DNA of 64,000 bases from positions 32,984-96,983 of the forward strand of contig CAYPCX010000002.1 in assembly GCA_964409365.1 (NCBI GenBank), written 5' to 3'. A program made the position numbers and the translations under genes. Under the pieces are notes generated by a model. It was not told the DNA's origin. It saw only the letters and a list, made by a program, of their open reading frames with translations, and made no database searches. Shown here piece after piece: positions 61,101 to 64,000 of this stretch. This DNA is from an uncultured Planctomycetia bacterium (lineage in GTDB: Bacteria > Omnitrophota > Gorgyraeia > Tantalellales > Tantalellaceae). Within the stretch, counting starts at the first letter, position 1. Each line of letters starts with the position of its first letter.

Positions 61101-63999
61101 GAATGAAATAACGCTCAAATGGGATGAAAATGAGGAAGGCCTTGTCCTTACCGGCTGGGATTCTTCCGCGAGCGCGAGTTACGATATTACCACGGAGATC
61201 GGCTATGACGTGACCGGATGGAACGATTACGTCATCACCTATGACTGCACAACCGTAAGGATATATTTTAACGGTGATATCGTAGCCTGCGAAGACATCG
61301 GCCTTGATGTCTCGACCGTCGGCAGCTGGCTGGTAGGGAAATACACCACAGACACGGAATACTTTGTGGGCTCAATAGATGAAATGTTCGCTTTTGACCG
61401 CGTATTGACCTCCGGCGAGATAAAGAACCTCCACAACGGCAAGAAACCGTCGGAGATCGAGAATTACGGCACTGACTGCCACGGCTGGTGGGCTTTTGAT
61501 GAAAATACCGGGACCGACCTGGATGACAAGACCTCCGGTGGCAATGATGGCATTATTAATGACGCGACCTGGTCAATGAGCGTTGCAAAGGTCGATGATT
61601 TCACGCCGGCGGACTATATCAGTGTTACCGTTGACGGGTATGAATGCTCGTATCGTGAGTTCGAGGATCTCTTCGGCCAGAGCGCGGACGGCCTGACCGC
61701 GTTATACCTTGAGGAAGTCGAACGGGCCAAGGTCGGCTGGAGCCTTACGGAGAGGGTCGTGGAGTTCGTGACGGCCGGTCCGGAAGACCTCATATCCGGA
61801 GCCCTGGAAGAGATAGATACGGATGACGGGAAGATAACCATCGGCGGCATAGAATTCATCGCGCCCAGCGAGGTGTATGTGGATTACCAGCTGATGAGCC
61901 TTGAGGACCTGGAGGATAAGCTCGGCCAGGCGCAGTATTCACTCTTCACCATAAGCACGCTGGCAAGCTGCGAATATACGACGGTCTCCCAGGGAGTATA
62001 CGAGTTCACGGATGACAGGATAGACCTTTATACGGTCGCGCCGTTCGGTCCGTCCGGGCTTGTCGAAGACCCGAGCGCGTTCACGGAAGTGACCATCAAG
62101 TGCGACGAGGTCATAAGCGTTACCGGTATCTATTCCGACCAGGCGACCTATACGGTGGAGGTCAATGATACGACGGGTATGGTCGAAATAAAAGAGGACG
62201 GCGACCTCATCGTTTCCGGCGACATACCCGAGCAGGACTTCCTGCTCCTGGATGACAAAGGTCGGGAGATGATGACCGTGACGATCGACTACAAGGACAT
62301 AGTCGATGCCGTCCATACGGTGTACCTGCCGGCAGGCGGCTTTACCACGGAAGTCGCGATAAAAGAAGGCCAGATCCTCTCCGCGACCAACCTGCCCGCG
62401 GGTTACAATGTGGAATTCAACGATATATCCGGATTCTTACAGCTCCTGTACGGGGACGCGGTCATAGTTGAAAGCAAGGTGCCCACGCTGCTTCCGTATG
62501 TAAGCGAAGAAGACATGGTGGTCCTGGAGACCTCCATACTCGAGGAAGCCGCCTTTGACGTTACCCCGGACGATGACCGCGATTCGGTATACACGATCAA
62601 TAATACCTTCTCCGACGGTGTGCTTGACCGCACTTACGCGCCTTATTTCGACGGGGAATATACGATAGACGTAGCCGACCTTACGGGTGACGAAAGGTGC
62701 GACCAGCAGGACGTGGACTACCTGGAGATGCTGGCGGACGCCTGTTTGCGCATGAGAGCGGACCTTACCGGGGACAGCAGGGTGGACCAGGCGGATGTCG
62801 ACTGCTGGGACGTCAGCCCGTTCAACTGGAAAGATATAGACGGCGACGGCGAGATCAACAGCGAAGACTATACAGAACTTGTCAGGCTCGTCGCGGAGAG
62901 CGCGGCGATCTACTTCCAGGCGGACGTGAACAGGGACGGCGTAATAGACGCTGAGGATGAAGCAGATTTTCTCACTTACATCGCTGATAAGGAAAAACTC
63001 GCCGAGGTCGAGGCCGGCGACATGATGATCTATTACGAGACGTCCGGCGGTTTCAGGACCGAGACGCACGCGGCGGACTTGGCAGGGCTTTACACTACCG
63101 CGGGCTGGAAGTTCGAAGATGACAGCCTCTTGCTGGATAAGACACCCGAAGAGGACATCACCGGTCAGGCCTTCAGTTTCGAGATAGACGCCGATACGGA
63201 AGGCCTGTATGAATTGGCCGTATCCGTGCGCAATCCTTATCCGTTCGTTGAAAGCGGCAACGTGATCGAGCTCAACGTATACGTGAACGGCGAATACAAC
63301 GCTTACGGGAACCTTGATGTGGATAACTTTGCGGAAAACTTCCAGAAAATAATCACTGATATATACCTTAACGAGGGAACGAATACGGTCACCATCATGG
63401 TCTGGGATCTGAACGGCGACGGCGACCGTATGGTAGAGGGTGAGCTGCCGGCGGTTATGCCGTCCGGGTACGGCGTGGGCCTGGAGATAGAGAAGATCTA
63501 TCTTGAAAAAGGATACAACCCGGCGCTCGACTTCAACGCGGATAACGTGATAACGGCCGACGAGATGCAGAAGTTCTTTGACGAAGAATACGTGGAAAGG
63601 CCCGCGACGGCGATACAGAGCACGCCCAGCAGCGAAAAGTGGGTGATCGTGGGCGGTGTCGCTTACGCCGTGGGAGAATATACCGATCATATAGAGTTCA
63701 TTTACGGCGCTGCTTCTTACACCACCGACAATACCGGCGGGATCGTTACCCTCGAAGACGGTATCCAGTACGAGGTAACGACCGAGAACGGCGAGGTTAT
63801 CGTCACTGAAGTGCAGGAGCTCATAACCGTGGCGGAAGACACGAGATACCTGACGATAGACGGCACCCGGTATATCGCGGAAGAGACGGAAGCAGAAGGC
63901 GTGATAAAACTGACGGGCGGCGGCGATGTCATAACGAGCGAAGAAGCCTACAAGATAACCGTTGAAGGGACCCGTTACGATATCGTGTTCGCCGGGGAA
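1..63999 (+). CDS. Giant multidomain extracellular/surface protein, partial at both ends (>=21,333 aa); Ca2+-binding dockerin/EF-hand-rich adhesin with many lectin-like domains
   Basis: Frame +1 gives sensible protein wherever I translated it, from LTAGTHTVEVAWDN at base 1 to VEGTRYDIVFAGE at the end. The ORF track contains no frame +1 ORF although that frame has many ATGs, which implies no in-frame stop closes it. Codon pattern is consistent (GAN/GGC/ACN rich) and recognisable domains occur throughout. Confidence 0.96.
4100..6330 (+). repeat. Beta-hairpin stalk repeat array 1 (~50-60 aa units)
   Basis: Recurrent I/V-x-I-x-G-x-x-Y-x-V...G-x-Y-x-F/I and V-x-L-x-G-x-x-Y-x-V...G-x-I/L-x-L segments, e.g. 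RIIKVGEALYTIAATTGGEHDF...VMLGGTIYLVEKGAEGELVL. Confidence 0.7.
6450..8730 (+). repeat. Four ~192-aa YD/RHS-like repeats
   Basis: Anchors FEYLDEDH/EFLEEDF/YEYYDEDH/FEYLEEDH at 6517, 7093, 7663, 8245 and NGW at 6757, 7336, 7909, 8491. YD-type strands YDGTGRL, FDAEGRL, YDAEGRL, YDAEGRI. Confidence 0.75.
9262..11013 (+). repeat. Dockerin/EF-hand loop-helix array with one embedded CBM-like sandwich (~10060-10440)
   Basis: DINADGLVNEDD (9262), DMSGDEEVDFED, DFTQDGVTDEED, DINSDGRVDEKD, DLSGDGVVNTTD, DTDRDGEITEHD, DFNNDNVIDAKD, DFNGDSEIDLQD, DLTGDGYITDAD. Sandwich LTYTFELEDTDDYFVGLSARN...GTHEVKFVF. Confidence 0.85.
11014..14370 (+). repeat. Beta-hairpin stalk repeat array 2
   Basis: Same IxIxGxxYxV...GxFxF...VxLxGxxYxIxxDxxxGxIxL unit repeated, e.g. 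AIEVEGKEYVVSADSKQGEFIFDDG...KVRLNGLLYSITED. Confidence 0.7.
14374..22560 (+). repeat. Large dockerin/EF-hand loop-helix array (about 50 loops by eye) with embedded CBM-like and DUF1080-like domains
   Basis: DYNGDGILDKSD, DLNNDGRTDDLD, DLDSDGVIDKED, DINSDGEVDVDD, DVNGDSFIDAKD, DLDQDGQVTEDD, DVNNDGKVDGAD, DVNSNGRINSDD, DLNADGTVDIQD, DINNDGIFNSQD, DVNRSGQVTDRD, DLTGDGKVNYFD, each followed by an amphipathic helix. Confidence 0.88.
17247..17781 (+). other. Concanavalin-A-like DUF1080 (3-keto-disaccharide hydrolase fold)-like domain 1
   Basis: W...SGDWSI...EDFILETQVRL...GGAGIMFHFQDEDNYY...WYDLKVEANGREYTFYLNGEE...GGKAGLVC...ADFDDFVL. Confidence 0.75.
22650..32850 (+). repeat. Beta-hairpin stalk repeat array 3 with interspersed unique inserts and one CBM-like sandwich (~31170-31540)
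   Basis: Many VI/IExxGxxYxV...DGxYxFxDG...YTS...VxIxGxxY units. Sandwich INYRIDIPSAGVYDIGLFART...LGEGEHDLNMVWN followed by DLDGDLDVDDDD (31558). Confidence 0.7.
32860..33618 (+). other. DUF1080-like domain 2, carrying an inserted CBM5/12-like module
   Basis: IIADDFN...[insert]...TWEVTDRML...SSISVKVKI...FYQMRVG...DEWHEYTF...KAFIDGEKI...GGKAGVGCPAGGSVRFDEVRV. Confidence 0.7.
32923..33069 (+). other. CBM5/12 (ChtBD3)-like chitin-binding module
   Basis: IPEWSMEEKYYVDDIVSKDGVDYICTSTHTYHPDYVPGTGSNWISRW matches the W-x5-Y-xx-(G)D-x-V-xx-G-xx-Y-x-C-xxx-HT...P...W pattern. Confidence 0.7.
34822..35421 (+). other. LamG/concanavalin-like domain 1
   Basis: FTLSVMVY...DQWNHVVIKY...AYVNGE...YLGKW...NGYLDEFAFFDRALSETEI...IVAYYSFD...DDSGNGNDG. 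Confidence 0.88.
35815..36435 (+). other. DUF1080-like domain 3
   Basis: DRFDDGDLNGWTFSGGGTWEV...LYVRYQDADNFYRM...NWYRFAF...AYIDGVEV...GAAGVGC...AYFDDVTF. Confidence 0.75.
36925..37500 (+). other. DUF1080-like domain 4
   Basis: FNDFDD...WTIEEG...LYLRYRDDDNFYRL...DQWYEISF...GYIDSMEV...GYAGVGG...LYFDDLEV. Confidence 0.75.
38308..38781 (+). other. 'ILGG...FDYYFIDxW' beta-sandwich, copy 1 of 6
   Basis: DSFEAG...W...VILGGYEKF...ITFDYYFIDSW...LEINGERVW...DYVGHFEVVYDNTGGPDTL...WGIDNVKV. Paralogs at ~53080, 54250, 56917, 58057, 60301. Confidence 0.7.
39409..39975 (+). other. Split dockerin-like pair enclosing a CBM6/35-like sandwich
   Basis: DLDGDDDLDAQD (39409)...NWLEYEFDILHEGAFDIRIQVKN...LAEGTHTLRFVWAN...DLNDDGVVDAED (39937). 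Confidence 0.75.
40330..40980 (+). other. LamG domain 2
   Basis: MSFDGVDDHI...ITLAAWANID...GEWAYYAMTW...LYVNGELV...FKGLVDDVSLWDEALT...LVAYYSFNDG. Confidence 0.88.
41581..42246 (+). other. LamG domain 3
   Basis: ALSFDGFEDHL...DFTIAERIK...DSEWHAIAVTR...LYIDGEL...FKGEMDDISVWGRALTQAEV...WWELDEGMG. Confidence 0.88.
42680..43215 (+). other. Galactose-binding-like 'WxGxxxxFRFDP' sandwich inserted in a CBM-like domain
   Basis: TGTDPCL...VEICYRY...EYKTVLLDMSSVEGWTGNMQAFRFDPVEEAG...VEIKYIAF. Flanked by the two halves of a CBM-like sandwich and loops at 42400 and 43513. Confidence 0.55.
44110..44460 (+). other. ILEI/PANDER (FAM3, GG-type lectin)-like domain 1
   Basis: GINIVTVDKDTGE...W...AMTVYL...GTIVIAS...LNEDAFLALESAGSAHI...STWSMVGYIG. 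Confidence 0.7.
44992..45606 (+). other. LamG domain 4
   Basis: VDFDGTNDYI...DFSISLWLKT...ADNQWHHVAVVRSGSTITFYVD...FDGMIDEVAIFDTAL...LTAYYSFDD. Confidence 0.9.
45649..46290 (+). other. LamG domain 5 (divergent; paralog of domain 10)
   Basis: ISVPYQAVEGLSDFT...DMGWHMVTVTR...LYVDG...RDISVWERAL...CRAWWAVDEGTG. Confidence 0.8.
46297..46700 (+). other. ILEI/PANDER-like domain 2
   Basis: DGVNMAYI...FSTWDT...AMADYL...GAVLLVSIQG...LTEDALAALEAFGSLEI...DRWSMAVL. Confidence 0.6.
46975..47515 (+). other. Split dockerin-like pair enclosing a CBM6/35-like sandwich
   Basis: DLDRDGDLDRED (46975)...GYDVPEEGYKFDVDI...MPIGEYYVRFTW...DLNSDGKIDVED (47476). Confidence 0.7.
48100..50100 (+). repeat. YD-like strand array interrupted by LamG domains 6 (~48420-49030) and 7 (~49335-49905)
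   Basis: YDKDGHL, YDQQGRL, YEYYASG, YEYYGAS, YSAETRRL. LamG motifs GEWYHVTVV...FHGYIDEVAFFDRAL and DEWYHVAVVW...GSIDEVAVYDHALT. Confidence 0.75.
50275..50980 (+). other. LamG domain 8 (paralog of domain 2)
   Basis: LKFDGADDYI...WAFIDPSET...YDITDLKGQWAHYAVTW...LYVNGE...LNGAMRDASVWSSALSE...WWRLEEASG. Confidence 0.88.
51088..51552 (+). other. Discoidin/F5-8 type C-like sandwich
   Basis: ISSATATYNQTGY...TLDG...NGWAV...AMFTFD...LKDFELYYT...TALKIQV...NFVLSEVEVFG. Confidence 0.6.
53790..54240 (+). repeat. Intragenic nucleotide-level duplication (second copy ~56460-56900)
   Basis: caggacccggatcatgcggtcaaattcgatattcgcacgctc (~53930) vs caggacccggatcatgcgagcaaattcgatatacgcacgctt (~56600). Also tacacgctgaggtgggaata vs tacacgttgaggtgggaata. 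Confidence 0.85.
55075..55670 (+). other. LamG domain 9
   Basis: CLDFNGASEYV...ATFEAWVYP...GQWQHIAAVFD...FYKNG...FDGRIAEAAIFDRPLT...LLAYYSFDDG. Confidence 0.9.
55681..56280 (+). other. LamG domain 10
   Basis: YVAVPYGTIDGLSDFA...DMDWHMVTVTR...RDISVWERALT...CRAWWGIDEGTG. Confidence 0.82.
59248..59845 (+). other. DUF1080-like domain 5
   Basis: EDFEDGTLDSW...WEVANGTL...YACYQDEDNYYRM...SWREYSF...KAYIDGEL...VGVGCPG...VWFDDISI. Confidence 0.75.
60949..61575 (+). other. LamG domain 11
   Basis: VDLDGTNDHVDIP...GWNDYVITYD...IYFNG...FVGSIDEMFAFDRVLT...CHGWWAFDENTG. Confidence 0.85.
62677..63570 (+). repeat. Dockerin-like loops plus CBM6/35-like sandwich
   Basis: DLTGDERCDQQD (62677), DLTGDSRVDQAD (62761), DIDGDGEINSED (62833), DVNRDGVIDAED (62923), then sandwich FSFEIDADTEGLYELAVSVRN...LNEGTNTVTI, then DFNADNVITADE (63529). 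Confidence 0.75.
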
Positions 64000-64000
64000 T

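Larger units (their letters stand above)
51750..62040 (+). repeat. Nested array of DUF5666/OB-like barrels, 'WKxSSE...WEYxKD' sandwiches and ILGG sandwiches, with LamG 9-11 and DUF1080-like 5
   Basis: Barrel motif IxGxLxxVDxxxGxLxIGxxxV. Sandwich motif DYSTGGDAAFF...FxWKxSSE...D.F.FY...LxAGTYTLRWEYxKD...GDDxAWxD. ILGG copies at ~53080, 54250, 56917, 58057, 60301. Confidence 0.75.

Noticed and set aside
2786-62954. Short + strand ORFs in frames +2 and +3 (60-112 aa)
   Set aside because: They are Arg/Thr/Ser-rich off-frame shadows fully overlapping the giant CDS.
1-64000. RTX/T1SS adhesin assignment; promoters, terminators, tRNA/rRNA, IS elements
   Set aside because: I saw no GGxGxDxL nonapeptide arrays. 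The window is entirely coding, with no intergenic DNA or supportable RNA or mobile-element signatures.

Overview
The whole 64 kb window is an internal piece of one giant + strand gene. Frame +1 reads open from base 1 (LTAGTHTVEVAW...) to base 63999 (...GTRYDIVFAGE), giving at least 21,333 codons with start and stop outside the window. The ORF track misses it and lists only antisense or off-frame shadows. The product is a very acidic, Ca2+-binding, extracellular-looking modular protein. It has roughly 100 dockerin/EF-hand-type DxDxDG loops, about 13 CBM6/35-like beta-sandwiches, long arrays of a ~55-aa beta-hairpin stalk repeat, YD-like repeats, 11 LamG domains, 5 DUF1080-like concanavalin domains, 2 ILEI/PANDER (GG-lectin)-like domains, a CBM5/12-like module, a discoidin-like domain and 6 copies of an 'ILGG...FDYYFIDxW' sandwich. 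Size and content resemble giant surface proteins of Omnitrophota, but that assignment is inference. The most unusual features are architectural: domains are inserted inside other domains in bracket-matched, Russian-doll order, duplicated scaffold units carry reciprocal empty and filled lectin slots, and the tripeptide YTT recurs across unrelated domains. All domain calls and counts come from by-eye translation and motif recognition, so boundaries are approximate. I found no RNA genes, mobile elements, CRISPR arrays or intergenic DNA.
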